The translations under genes and the position numbers were made by a program. 64,000 nucleotides of DNA from Octopus vulgaris. Taxonomy: Eukaryota. The stretch lies in assembly GCA_951406725.2 (NCBI GenBank), contig OX597832.1:67456001-67520000 (forward strand), written 5' to 3'. The notes beneath the pieces were generated by a model. That model searched no databases. It was not told the DNA's origin and was given only the letters and a program-made list of their open reading frames with translations. Of the stretch, positions 1 to 12,699 are shown in pieces. Within the stretch, counting starts at the first letter, position 1. Every line of letters starts with the position of its first letter.

Positions 1-73
<73 letters not shown>
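1..73. repeat. (AAT)n microsatellite; further (AAT)n arrays at 223-300, 609-710, 1267-1335, 2686-2857, 3351-3455 and 26455-26504
   Basis: Pure or near-pure AAT repeats read directly. Confidence 0.98.
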
Positions 74-74
<1 letters not shown>

Positions 75-220
75 GCTACATTCTATTGTCAAGGAAGCTT
101 ATAAGTTCGAAAGGAACTACATTAACCTTGAATCAGATGAAGAGCCGAAACCACTGCTACAAGCAAGCAAAGCGAATCAAACAGACTGCAAAAAGAACGG
201 GCAGAATCAAATTGAGAGGC

Positions 221-222
<2 letters not shown>
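74..222 (+). mobile_element. Internal fragment of an R4/Dong-clade non-LTR retrotransposon (region between RT and zinc knuckle)
   Basis: Translates KLHSIVKEAYKFERNYINLESDEEP, resembling the post-RT region of Dong/R4 ORFs; flanked by (TAA)n on both sides. Confidence 0.55.
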
Positions 223-275
<53 letters not shown>

Positions 276-324
276 GCAATAATAATAATAATAATAATAA
301 TACATTGGAAGATATAATAATAAT

Positions 325-608
325 GAACAAAAACTGTTCCTGTTATTGTAGGTGCCCCAGGTATGATAAAAAATGGATGTCAGAAACACCTAGACAATAT
401 CCCTGGAAAACCATGTCTCAAGGAAATCCAAAAGATTGTGCTAACAAGTGCTGCCCACATCCTTAGAAAAACCCTATCAATGTAAATGTTTGTGTTTGCA
501 TTACATGGAGATATATCTCCCCAAGCTTTCAGCTATATTTCAACAACTCTTAACCTTCACTTGCCCTAGGGCGCTGGGTGTGCCCCGGCAGTGAATCAAA
601 CATGCAAT
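325..608 (+). mobile_element. 5'-truncated R4/Dong LINE 3' end: REL endonuclease C-terminus, 3' UTR, (TAA)n tail
   Basis: Frame TKTVPVIVGAPGMIKNGCQKHLDNIPGKPCLKEIQKIVLTSAAHILRKTLSM* (stop 483-485) matches the VPVIVGALG...IQKIVL.GTAHILRK end of R4/Dong ORFs. A 3' UTR stem-loop (ttcacttgcc...ggcagtgaa) is followed by (TAA)n. Confidence 0.85.
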
Positions 609-613
609 TAATA

Positions 614-710
<97 letters not shown>

Positions 711-712
<2 letters not shown>

Positions 713-1266
713 GCCCTGATGCAGTACCAGGCAATGGCTCTCATGGCTTCTGATCTTAACTGATTGGAAGTGTTATCATGTACATTGTTTTGTCTTGGTA
801 TAAAAGATGGGCTACAGTAAATATTCTGCTCAATACCACAGATTTGCTTGTCAGTTATTTGACCTTAAGCAGTTGAGCATGTCCCTTAGTGGCTGACGAT
901 ATGTGCATCTCTGATCACGAGCAGAAGTAGTGGGGGAGAATCATAGCCATGTGTTGAGAGGGATTCTTTGGGGTTTGAATAATTCACCTCTGGAAACATG
1001 GGTGGTTCTTTCAACATCCTTAAACAACCCTTATTCAGGGACCTTTTGAGCGGGATGGGCTACTCAACCTGAAGAAAATTCTAACTGGGCCCCACCTGCA
1101 AGGTCATGTGCTGTTTATCTTGATATGAGTTCACCTTGTCGCGCACATATGGTTGTGATGCATGTGCCTGGTGTGTCCTTATCAGACGCGTAGTCATGAT
1201 GGGTATATTGGGCTTCGTATACTTTACCCCAGTGTCACTTTGATGGCATGAACTGCTCTCTCACTC
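711..1266 (+). mobile_element. ~556-bp non-coding retroposon (SINE/SIDE-like), copy 1, inserted in (TAA)n
   Basis: Same sequence recurs at 2858-3350 and 25912-26454; all end ...cactc followed by (AAT)n; no ORF. Confidence 0.85.
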
Positions 1267-1336
<70 letters not shown>

Positions 1337-1338
1337 TT

Positions 1339-1490
1339 AATGAACAATGTAATAGTACATGTGAATGGCTCTGCAGCCTGAAGCAAGCAGCTTCTTATCT
1401 CCAGCAAAGGACTATCCACTTCACTGAAAACAAAATCAGAAATATGAGTAAAAAGATAAGCAATTGGGAAACATCAGGACCTGATGGTCA
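1339..1490 (+). mobile_element. R4/Dong LINE fragment, N-terminal edge of RT
   Basis: Translates ...EWLCSLKQ...KISNWETSGPDG, a degenerate NWKSPGPDG motif; begins right after (TAA)n. Confidence 0.65.
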
Positions 1491-1819
1491 TCGTTCCCAT
1501 ATCTAGCCTTACGGGATTGACACTGACTCGAGTTTCTTGGTGTTTACCCGTCCACAGCGTGTGTTAATCACCAGTTAGTGATGATAACTCACTTCACTCA
1601 CAAAATACTATATGCTTTTTCCAGCGACGTACCGTCGCTGATCTCGAAAAAGGAGAAATAAGCTATATTAAATCTCTGATCGTGATATAAACAGTAGCAC
1701 TACGGAACCGTAACATATATTTTCCAATCAAGTGTAGCGTCCTATACAGGACAGTGCTACTGACGTTTATAACCCCATGAGGACATCTCTTAACGGCTAA
1801 CATTCTGTGTCCTTTTTCT

Positions 1820-2685
1820 AGATAAAGACCAATGCCTCAGAGAAATCGAGGGAAATGACAAGATTAGCACTTGGAGATGGCTAAAAAATAGGGATCTGAA
1901 AGGATTCACTGGGGCATTGATAGGCAACACCCAGGAACAAGTTCTGAGAACTAATTACACCAAGTTCCAAATAGATAAGTGTAGAATGAGTGGCAGTAGA
2001 ATCGAAACAATCTCAGATATTGTGAGTGAATGTAGCAAGCTAGCCCAAAAGCTCTAGAAAAGGAGGCATGATAATGTTGCTGGGTTCCTTCACTGAGGCT
2101 ATGTGAAGAGTACGACCTGAAGTGAGCTCGGAAATGCAACGAACATAAACCGAGAGTCACCGACAACGAGGAACATAAAATACGGTTGGATTTCACACTC
2201 CAGTATGACTCCCTAGTCGATGCTCGGAAAACCTGCAAGAAATTGTTGTGGTAGAGGAAAAACGGAGACTAATGTCATTGCAATACCTGAAGATGTACTC
2301 ATAAGTGACAAAGAACTGGGAAAGATTGAAAAGCACAGACTACTAAAAGACGAAATTACAAGAATATGGATCATGAGGTGCGTGTCTGTCATTCCAATAG
2401 TTGTAGGGGAACTCGGAGCACGAACAATAATGTTCGAGAAATATTTTGAAGAAACCGGAATCGACATGTGAGTAGAGCAAGCCCAAAACACTGATCTGAC
2501 GGGGACAGCTAGAATTTTAACATTGGGACATAGATGTTAAATGTCTCTCATGATAATTAACAACCAAGTATCAAAGTTTAAAATGTGCAGAAAAAAACCC
2601 TGTGAGACCTCTCAAAACAGGTTGCTGTCCGCTCTCACAGAATCTACCAGAACAAACAGTACCGAACATTCTGAGAGGTAACGCG
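1820..2685 (+). mobile_element. R4/Dong LINE 3' portion (second family): CCHC knuckle, REL endonuclease, 3' UTR, (TAA)n tail; pseudogenised
   Basis: Translates TWRWLKNRDLKGFTGALIGNTQEQVLRTNY...KCRMSGSRIETISDIVSECSKLAQKL*KRRHDNVA, then VIAIPED...DKELGKIEKH...EITRIW...VIPIVVGELG (ORF 2220-2471); stops and frameshifts; ends in (TAA)n. Confidence 0.9.
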
Positions 2686-2733
<48 letters not shown>

Positions 2734-2801
2734 TTAATAATAATAATAATAATAACAATATTAATAAAAATAATAATAACAATAATAATAATAATAATAA
2801 C

Positions 2802-2857
<56 letters not shown>

Positions 2858-2859
<2 letters not shown>

Positions 2860-3350
2860 TCATGTACATTGTTTTGTCTTGGTATAAAAGATGGGCTACA
2901 GTAAATATTCTGCTCAATACCACAGATTTGCTCGTCAGTTGTTTGACCTTAACCAGTTGAGCATGTCCCTTGGTGGCTGACGATATGTGCATCTCTGATC
3001 ACGAGCAGAAGTAGTGGGGGAGCATCATAGCCATGTGTTGAGAGGGATTCTTTGGGGTTTGAATAATTCACCTCTGGAAACATGGGTGGTTCTTTCAACA
3101 TCCTTAAACAACCCTTATTCAGGGACCGTTTGAGCGGGATGGGCTACTCAACCTGAAGAAAATTCTAACTGGGCCCCATCTGCAAGGTCGTGTGCTGTTT
3201 ATCTTGATATGAGATCACCATGTCGCTCACATATGGTTGTGATGCATGTGCCTGGTGTACCTTTATCAGACGGGTAGTCATGATGGGTATATTGGGCTTC
3301 GTATATTTTCCCCCTGTGTCACTTTGATGGCATGCACTGCTCTCTCACTC
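2858..3350 (+). mobile_element. (TAA)n-anchored ~550-bp retroposon, copy 2 (5'-truncated by ~63 nt)
   Basis: Nearly identical to 774-1266; (TAA)n on both sides. Confidence 0.85.
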
Positions 3351-3389
3351 AATAATAATAATAACAATAACAATTATAATAACAACAAC

Positions 3390-3455
<66 letters not shown>

Positions 3456-4333
3456 CACGTAGGTAGCACTTTCAACCGCCTGCGTAGTTTATTTTATGAA
3501 TTAGAAATATAACATGTTAAGTGACGTCAAACTTGATCTTGGTGGGAATTAAATAGCATATCATTATATCAGACATTCTATTAGCATTGCAATGAAGACT
3601 GATTAACAAAATCTGTGGGGATAACAGCCAGCTATATCAAAACCCGTGCACTAATGGTATGTTACTCTGTCGAAAGTGGATCGTTGCAAAGAGAAGTTTA
3701 TTCTACCGAGATCAACTGTGTCTTTCATCGATGGAATATAGAAACAATGAATGTGTCCATAATTTTCGCAGTTGTCATTGGTTTTTGAAATCTTCGATGA
3801 AACTGTTTATTACATTTGTGCATTCAGAAATGGATAAAACATACAGGCACCAACCAGAATTAAACTGTGTACGTAAAGACATGATTAAATAGCCTAATGT
3901 ATTTCGTCTGGCATTCTACACATTCTTTGGTCAAACACACTAAGTCATGTGATAATATTGATTTCTTTGATATTGGTACAAGGTCAAGGGCTTTGATAAA
4001 ATTAATGGCAACATCATTGAATAAAACTAAAACTAAAAAAAAGAAAACATGGGTTTGCAATGGAATATCAGAGACATGTTTGACATGTCGTCTCATTCGA
4101 ATGCAAATATAAAATTTCAGGAAAATGAAAAAAAATGTAGAAAGAACGTTAACAGTTAAATAAAGATCAAATGATGGCACATCATCTTCGAGAATTCATG
4201 GTGTTACTCTGTCAAATAAACAGACTGGAAAAATTAGATTAATTTTAAAAGAAATAAAAGTTAAAAAAACATGGCTTTTGTTCGAGTGGAAATGATTGTT
4301 TGGTCATTTTATTTTTCTTAATATTTGTTTATA

Positions 4334-4570
4334 TCATCCGCATCATCACCATCACCATCACCATCACCATTACCTTCATCACCATCATCATTATCATCAC
4401 CACCACCAACACCAGCCACGTCGTCGTCATCCTCCTCCTTCCTTATTATTATTATAATTATTATTATTGTTGTATTGTTACTATTATTATTAGTAGTAGT
4501 ATTAGTAGTATCGCCGTTGTTAGTGTTATCATTATTATTATTCATGTTGTTATTGTTGTTATTGTGTAAT
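4334..4570. repeat. Compound trinucleotide low-complexity tract (ATC/ACC/ATT/AGT/GTT)
   Basis: Read directly. Confidence 0.9.
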
Positions 4571-7450
4571 ATTAATTTAGTTTTATTTTTAATTTTCCTC
4601 AATTTCAAATTAAAATAATGTTTTTTGTGTGAGTTAAATAAACTATCAAAATATTTGGTAAAATGGAATTAAATAAAAACAAATGAAAGAAAAAAGATGG
4701 AGGGCTGGACAAGTTGGAGTCGGAAAACCAAGTAATGAAAGAAATATAGAAAAAAGATTAAAAGAGAAAATAAAATGAAATAAATAATAAAATTCGTAGA
4801 GAGTTAAAAGAAGGAGACACAATGCATAAAAGATTATAGGCAGGAAATAGAAGGGTAAAATAGGGAAGAAAATCGACGAAGAGATTGGCATTGGAATATG
4901 CTGTGTATGTGTGTGTGTGTTTTGTTTTGCTTTTTAAGATGTTAAAGCACATTAGAACAGTGCCGGAAGAAGCTCCACCATTATGAATGATCAAAATCAC
5001 ACTTGCGTCGACAATACTAATATCTGATTAATAACTCTGTAATTATTAGCTTTACGAAGATTTGTAATTAAGCAAATTCGCATTTGACATTTTCCCTCAA
5101 AGATTAAACTTTAACAAAACGGAATAAAGAAAAGGAAAATTAAAAACTTTAAAAGAAATGAAAACAAATATGGCTAAAAAAGAAGACAACTGACACACGC
5201 CGAGATAAAAAAAAAAATTGTGTTTGACCTCAAAGAATGTTTTAATTCGATAAAAATCCAATTCCCTTGAAAACTGGACATGACTGAGCTTGTTGTGAGC
5301 TGTATTACAAGTCACCGTAGGAAGAAAAAAATACAATTTATTTGTAATGTGTGCTTTCGTTTTGTTTTCAGATAATATTCATTCTTACCCAACTGCACAT
5401 TGTAAATAATTAGGGTCTGCAATGGAAGATAACTAAATTCAATCGAAGGCGTACACATATGGTGGCACAACATGCTAGCAATAAAAGCATGTGTCTAATA
5501 TTTTTAAAGCATGACATTTATAAATATAGCAATATTCACCAATCTCTCCATCTATCTTCACCGCCCGCTATTTCTGAAAGTATCGTCGGTATACAGCACT
5601 CAAACACCTATTTATAGGTTTCTATCAGAAACAATCACTATTTCACTTAACCTATTGGGTTTCCAGAAGTAGTCAACTCAGACAATTGATATTATCTAAC
5701 CACATCATTCTTAGTCTACTCCACAGTTTCCTTCCGGTTAGATCAGCTTGAAGAATCCGTCCCGTGTTTCTTTCTTGTGACATTGTTATGGCATTTCCAC
5801 AGGCCCAGGACTGTGACTTCTCAATGCAGAGAAATAGCGGCTTGACTTTTAGTGACTCTCAGAATTCATTCGGAAGAATTTCATTTCGACCGTTTGCATT
5901 CGCGATTGTACAATTACAGAGAACGAAAACAACTTATATTTGTTTTATCATATGGACGTAACCATGACAAAACTGTCATTAAATAACAATCACAACATCA
6001 GAGGATTAATCAATCACACAATGCTTAATCAGTGGTGGATCGTCCTTCTAATATAATGAGTACCTGTCATTTTATTAATTGTATAATCAGGAATAAAATG
6101 ATATTCTTTTGTGGCCATATGCTCTGAGTAATTCAGGTTTTTGTTGGATTTCACTTCTAAAATACCTTGCCTTGTTTGAGATGATGCTGGTTTGTGGAAT
6201 CTCACTCTTTCTCTGTCTCTCCTATTCTTGGAGAGTCACCATTTTTTGCGCTAAATTTTTTTCATATTCTCATGCCAACCATTATCGCGAGCTTCCACTC
6301 ATCACTTATTTCCAATTTCTTCTCATTCATTGGCATACACATCCATGTACTTCGCCATTTTCTCTTCAGTTTTTAACCTCAGTTCTTGAACAAGATTTCG
6401 AAACGTTATATTTTACATTCCATCAAATGAATGAACTCATCCAACCTTTCTATGAACTCTGAAATCAACAAAGAACCTCTCAGAATTTCAACCACTTTCA
6501 CTTACTTAGGCATGTTTGGATTAGATATGGCTGCTGAATTAATCTTAAAATACTTCGAATACGAAAAGCAAATTCGATAAAATAAAAGGGAAAAAAGTAT
6601 CAAAATATATTTTGGCTCATAAAATATATGTATTGGCGTTACTTTATCTAATTGTCTGCTTAACTTAATCCGAAATAAAAATATACCATTCTATCCATAT
6701 TCAACAGAGTAGGGGCCACGATACAAACCCTGGATGGTGTATCTATCAAAACAATGGATCAGTGTAGGCAGTAAATTTCATGTCAGTGTAATAATATCCA
6801 TTCCAAAATGTGTGGACATACTTATTGGTTTTCACTTCTTTTTCTCTTTTTTCTATAAAAGAAAAATACTTCTATTATCTCTTTCGGTACTTCCTTTTCC
6901 AACTTTCATTTTTCTCTTTCTTTCCTCTCTTTTCTTTTTATTACTGTTTGTTTTTATGACGTCTGATTCCAAAATTCCAAACATATAAGAATCTTCATTT
7001 CTATTTCGTTGCAGAGAGAATAAGATTGTGCTTATTTATCTCAATGACTAACTTATCCACACATTAAATCCACCTGCGAAAGTTGCATGCCATAATCTTG
7101 ACAGTTTTATTTATTTATTTTACTCAACAACAACAAACAAACAGTCACACAAATGTATTACTGTCCTGCACTTTACTAATATTTCTTATCTCGTCTTTTC
7201 GTTTCCTTATTTTTCTCCCTATAATACTTTGCGTAACTGAGCTATAAATCCACAGGTGTGGCTATTATTATGAAAGAAGCTTCATGCGGACACTTTAAGT
7301 ATTCGATCTACTACACAACCGAATATAAAACATTATATTAATTCAGTTCCTAACCATTTACCATCCTTTCTTTTCTTTCCTCTTCTAAAGAGCCGTTCAT
7401 GCAATAATATTGAAATAATATTATTGATTGTCTTTTATACACACGTACAT

Positions 7451-7520
<70 letters not shown>

Positions 7521-8062
7521 CTGTATATGTATGTTTGTTTGTATATATGTATATATTTATATCTATATATATGTACGTGTGTGAGTATGTGTTTGTGTGT
7601 AAGCAATAGGCCTCTCGTGTTTATAAACACAACTGCAGCGAAGCTTATCAATTAGAAGAACCTCTTTTCTTTTGTGAACATCGTGAATATTGAGTATACG
7701 GTGAAAGACCAGACCAACTTTTCTAAAAAGCTATCTCTCCTCTCTGTTGATTTTATCAATATTATGATAAAAAGAGTCAGCAGGAATGCGTGTCTCCGCT
7801 ATACAATGCCTAAGCAAGGGGCTGCATTTCACAAGAGAAAATGTCTTCAAGTAAGCAAAAAGGATCACTTACAATATATATTATAGTTAGTTTGAAACTT
7901 CTTCCATATGACTTTAATCTCGGAATCGACTCCACAGTTAACCTAATCAGATGAAATTCTATTGTATTGTTCAGGATATCAAATAATAATATTCAAGCAG
8001 TTACTTTATTCACCCTATCGGTTACAGAATAGATCAATATTTGTGTATATGATATACATACT

Positions 8063-8112
<50 letters not shown>

Positions 8113-8524
8113 TATATAGGTACATGCATATATGTGTCTGTATATATGTATGCATATACTTATATATAAACGTGTGTATGTGTATATATACTCACACACA
8201 CAGACCTACCGATATAAATATAAGCAGTTCAGTGGTCACAGTAACAATAAGGTAAATATTGATTTCCTACATAGGCAAAATCTCACATATATTGGATATG
8301 TAGAAACGATTAAATCTTAGAGTTTTGAAGCTATTGCCACACTGATTTACTTGCAACAAAAAGAATCTTTTCTGTGAATCTTTCCCTTCCCTCTCCATTT
8401 GGAATGGAAGTTACTTTTCGTTATTTACCTGAGCCCTAACCTCCATAGTATAGAATTCAACGATACTGTGGTTTCCATTTGATATAATGCTGTTCCCCGA
8501 CTCGCCCCCTTTGTATGCAAAACG

Positions 8525-8720
8525 GAACTTGCCAGCCTTGAAATGCTCAAGTGTTTCGCCCGTCGCTACGTTCTGAGTTCAAATTCCTCCGAGGTCGACT
8601 TTGCCTTTCATCCTTTCTGGGTCGATAAATTAAGTACCAGTTGAATACTGGGGTCGATCAAATCGACTGCCCCCCACCAAAAAAAAAATTTTCGGGCCTT
8701 GTGCCCAGAGTTTAAAAGAG
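8525..8720 (+). mobile_element. tRNA-derived SINE, family A (central domain gccgaggtcgactttgcctttcatcctttc...taagtaccag, Meta-domain-like)
   Basis: B-box-like gagttcaaattcc; same domain at 31865-32070(-), 34140-34320(+), 51252-51458(+), 53420-54025(-, decayed) and 58257-58657(-). Confidence 0.8.
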
Positions 8721-8947
8721 AGAATGTACACAATTTTCGATGCTTAATTTTGGTTGAACGAAGGCAGAAAAATCGTTGAATATTCAAGTATATGCTGTCA
8801 GTTGTGCATGATATGGTTACTAAAAAGTGCTTTCCTTCGACCTGTGTTCGAATTGGCCCTATCTCGACAATTTCATTGGTATTTTATTTAATTGTAATTC
8901 AAAATTGATACAGTTCTTAGTATTGGGGATACTTGAAGTTTATAAGC

Positions 8948-9675
8948 AGGTGAAAGCCTGGCTGTGTGGTAAGAATATTGCTTCCCAATCAGATCGCTCC
9001 AGGTTCAGTCGTACTGAATGGAACTTTCAGCAAGTGTCTTTTACTGCATACCTGGGTCTTTAAAAGCCTTGTGAGTAGATTTGGAAGATTGAAACTGTAA
9101 GAAATCGTTGTAAAGTTTGAATCAAATGTCACTAAGGGCTGCAATATTTAATAACTTATTTGTTCTTGAAAATTAATTTTTTTATCTTTTACAAATTTCA
9201 TAAAGAATATCTTCGAGGTTAATCATGGAAAAGTTCACGACCGAAAAGTGAACACAAATTGTGAATTTTTACTATCGAAACCAAACATCAATAATTCTAA
9301 ATGAAAGGGAATATCGTCGTCATTACGATGAGAAGGATTCTTTAAGCGGATCAATAATGAGACGTTTTGAGGGACAGGGTTCAATGAGCAATCTTCAATG
9401 AAATGGCAAACCTTGTTCCGTTTGGAACGAAGCCATAGTCAGGCGTCTAAAGGAGAAAGTTAAAGAACCAAGCACATTAGTGCTTGACAACCATTACTTG
9501 ACAGCTAATGCTGGTTTGTTTACGTCCCTGTAAATTAGCGCCATGAACAAAGAGACCGATAGAGTAAGAACCAAACTTAAAAATACTAAGTACTTGGCTT
9601 GTTCTGCTCAGCTAAACCCTCCAGGTGCCCCATTATAGTCCCACTCCAATGACTGAAACAAATAAAAGGTAAAAT
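8948..9675 (+). mobile_element. Decayed tRNA-derived SINE, family B; head 8948-9110 and tail 9480-9675 separated by an insert
   Basis: Head tggctgtgtggtaag...ggttcagtc and tail aaagagaccgatagagtaag...atgactgaaaca match the copy at 61008-62036. Confidence 0.7.
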
Positions 9676-10184
9676 TTAAATATTGTAATTGTAGAACATA
9701 GAGCGAATGGTTAGATTCACACCGGTTTCCTTTAGTTCTCCGCACTAATTATTCAAATAATGAAACTATACTAAATATATTCAAATGTCTTGAAGTGCAT
9801 TCTACAAATTCCTGAGTGAATTCAAACAAGAGTAATATTGGCATTAAATAGTTAAAGATATGCAACAGAAATTTAAAATGCGATACGGATTAGGAAATGA
9901 ACTGACAAGCTAGTTGATTAGTTGCTGTGGTATAGAACCTGGTTATATCTCATCAGGAAACAAGCGAATACTTTGGAAGACATATTTTCCATTATTTTTG
10001 CCCTCTTTTACACTGTCGTTCCCGGTATTGCAAGAACATCAAAGTAGTATTAGGAGTTGGGAACGGAAGGCAGGGAAAGGGGTTAAAGCTTCGGTCATCG
10101 GTTTGAGATATTTCGAACGGGATCATGTCTTGATGCTCTGCTGACCAGCAATATTCCTATTATTAATTAAAAGCAACATCCCCA

Positions 10185-10217
10185 TCATCATCATCATCAT
10201 CTCCATCACCCCCATAC

Positions 10218-10256
<39 letters not shown>

Positions 10257-10480
10257 ACAACAACAACAACGGCAGCAAAATCAGCAGCAACAGCAGCAGC
10301 GTTGTCATCGTCCTCGTTCACGTGAACATTAGGATAATGGCCATTCTAATCAGCGCCGACGATATCCTCATTACCTTCATAATCAGCACCAGTACCAGCA
10401 ACAGCACCACTATCAATAGCAACAGCAGCAGTGGTAGTAGCAGCAGCGGTAGTAACAGTTGTAGTAGTAGTAGTAGTAGT
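10185..10480. repeat. Compound (CAT)n/(CAA)n/(CAG)n/(TAG)n microsatellite
   Basis: Read directly. Confidence 0.9.
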
Positions 10481-11419
10481 ATCGGCCGACTATTGCATAT
10501 TGTATTTCAAAGCAACTTGCATTATATGCGCAGCGAACGAAAAATGCAGATCAAATTCTTACGCACGTATTTGTTTGTTTGTATGTGTGTGTGTGTAATG
10601 TGTGTGTGTGTGTATGTGTGTGTGTGTGCGTGTATGTGTCTATGCGTTTGTCTGTGTGTGTATATGCTTGTTTATGCATATCTATAACGCATGCACCTCT
10701 GCTTGTTGACGTTGCGTGGATGCATGTATTCATGCATTACGAGTATGTGCATTTATGGCAGTTTCTATGCTATATTACAGAGAATGTAAAAAACAGACAC
10801 GGTGTGTTCATTGGTGAAAGTCAGAAGCTAGAAAGTGCAACACAAAATTTCAATTACAGATTATACGAGGAAAAAAAAACTAATTCGACTTCGTCAACGC
10901 CTGTCAATAAGAATATGTTTTGAAACGGTAGATGTCACTGTAGATTGTCGTAGTGGTGGTGGTGAGGTGATGGAGATGAGGTGGTTGTTTATCTCGAAAT
11001 ACAATAACCTAACATACATTGACACAACACAAGCTATGGGTGAATGATCATCTACGATCTGTTTCGCTTATAAGCCTACATAAATCACGTAGCCCACACA
11101 CATGCTCACGCGCACAAAGAGACGCACACGAACAGGCACACTTGTTTATACATACATGTGTGTGTGTGTTTGTAAATGTAAGATATATATATAAACACGA
11201 TTTGTATACATGTTAGAAGTAAATAGACATCCCATAAAACATCGTTTTCTGCTTATTCTAACTTGTAATGGTTAGTGTTGGTGTGAGTGTATGCTTGTTT
11301 GGAGAGGTTAAGGGTGTTTGGTTTCACAGAGATATCCTGGGTGGTTTTTAGCATTCTATGGGGTTCACGTGCTTCTGTTGTTGTTGTTGTTGTTGTTGTT
11401 GTTGCTCTTGTTGTTGTTA

Positions 11420-12144
11420 AGGATGAGGCTGCGGTTTATTAAAAGGTATCTTATTGCTGTTACTGTTGTTGTGGTGCGATGTAGGCTGGAAGTATGGCCG
11501 CGTACCTCCAACCTTTTGGGGGCACAAGGCTCATTTTGTCGCTTTTGGTCCCAAGGATTTTGCGGTTGAGCCTCCTGCTTTCCACGATGACACACAGTCC
11601 TACCTCGTTGAGCAACTGGATCTGGTTTTACATGGATTGATATTTCTATTTTGATCCCGAACCAGTTCTCCCTGCTGCTCATTTTTACCCCCAAGAATAA
11701 CTCAGGGTCCTGCACCACACAGGCGACAATTTACCAGATGTTTACGCCCAGAGACACGCAATTTGCACTAATTCTGGTCGTTCTCTTTGTGGGGTAGGTA
11801 GGATACAAGACCCATTCCTCTGTCCACCTGGGTGACACAGCGTGTCTTCTCACGAGTCCTCACTTTTAAAGAATACTTCAATGCTGGCAAACTGCCGCCC
11901 TCTCTGTATACGGGTCACATTTACCAACATTTCTCTGAGACCCTTCTCGATGTAACCGATGGCGGCTATTTCGGATATCCTTCTTTTGCGAGATACACAT
12001 ATTCTCTTTTGGCCCTGTTATTTTAGGAGATACGAGTACTGCTGCCCTTTCCGCATCAAATTTACTAATGTCTTTCGATTTTGAGAGTTCACGTGTTTTG
12101 TCATCGAATACGATGACAAGCACTTCTCTCTTTGTTCGCAGCAT
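11420..12144 (-). pseudogene. Decayed Tx1/L1-type ORF1 (gag-like) homologue
   Basis: Across frameshifts reads IEKGLREMLVNVTRIQRGRQFASIEVFFKSED / EEWVLYPTYPTKRTTRI / ENWFGIKIEI / LCVIVESRR, colinear with IERELAEFKPEIKFITREVKYATMWLLFDSPE / NEILFLPTYCGKSLTRP / ADWEGSKAVL / PVILEGRP at 22575-22000. Confidence 0.6.
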
Positions 12145-12699
12145 CAGCTAACTAATTAATTTTGTTATTGTTTTTCTAGTTCTTGTCACCGTCGTTTAGC
12201 ATTGTGTCTGCTACTACTATCACTGCCACTGTTGCTGTTTTTTCACGTTGTTGCTGCCCTCCCTACTACAACAACTTTTGCTCCTGTCACTGCTGCTGTT
12301 GCTGTCACTGCTGCTGTTGCTGTCACTGCTGTTACTATGAGGTGGACTTTGTACTTTTTCTCCTTTTGTTTTCTCCTCCCCTTCGCCTGTATTTTTGCCA
12401 GCAAATGAGGGAAAGGGAAGAAATCTTCAGCAGTCACTAGATCTGCGATAGCGGGAGGAGGAGAATTTCAGCACGAGTCTGAAATTCATTACAGGATGGA
12501 GTGAGGGGGATGAAACGCAGACCCCTACTGAGGATGGAGCGCTCCGCCTCAGAGAGGAGAAGATCTGGGGGAATGGTAACAACAGACTGAAGTGGAGAAT
12601 GGGTGGATGGAATAGAAGTAGGAGGGGTGGTAGGGCTGGTGGAAGACTGGGAGGGAGGGGTGGGGATGTGTGAGGGGGACCGAAATTAAGGTAGACGAG

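Noticed and set aside
878-1001. Type-III hammerhead reading in the 550-bp element (catGUC-cc..gg-CUGACGA ... GAAAcatg)
   Set aside because: Stem I has only 2 bp, the stem II base does not pair properly, and copy 3 breaks stem III without compensation. Worth rechecking only on a family consensus.
1023-1076. Type-II hammerhead reading ending in CUGAAGA in the same element
   Set aside because: GAAA is UAAA in all copies and no stem II forms.
6990-7120. Splice acceptor after a polypyrimidine tract
   Set aside because: All three frames close quickly and no clear donor follows; no support for a coding exon.
12500-12555. gaaac...ctgagga with hairpin ctgagg/cctcag
   Set aside because: No cleavage triplet or stems in hammerhead geometry.
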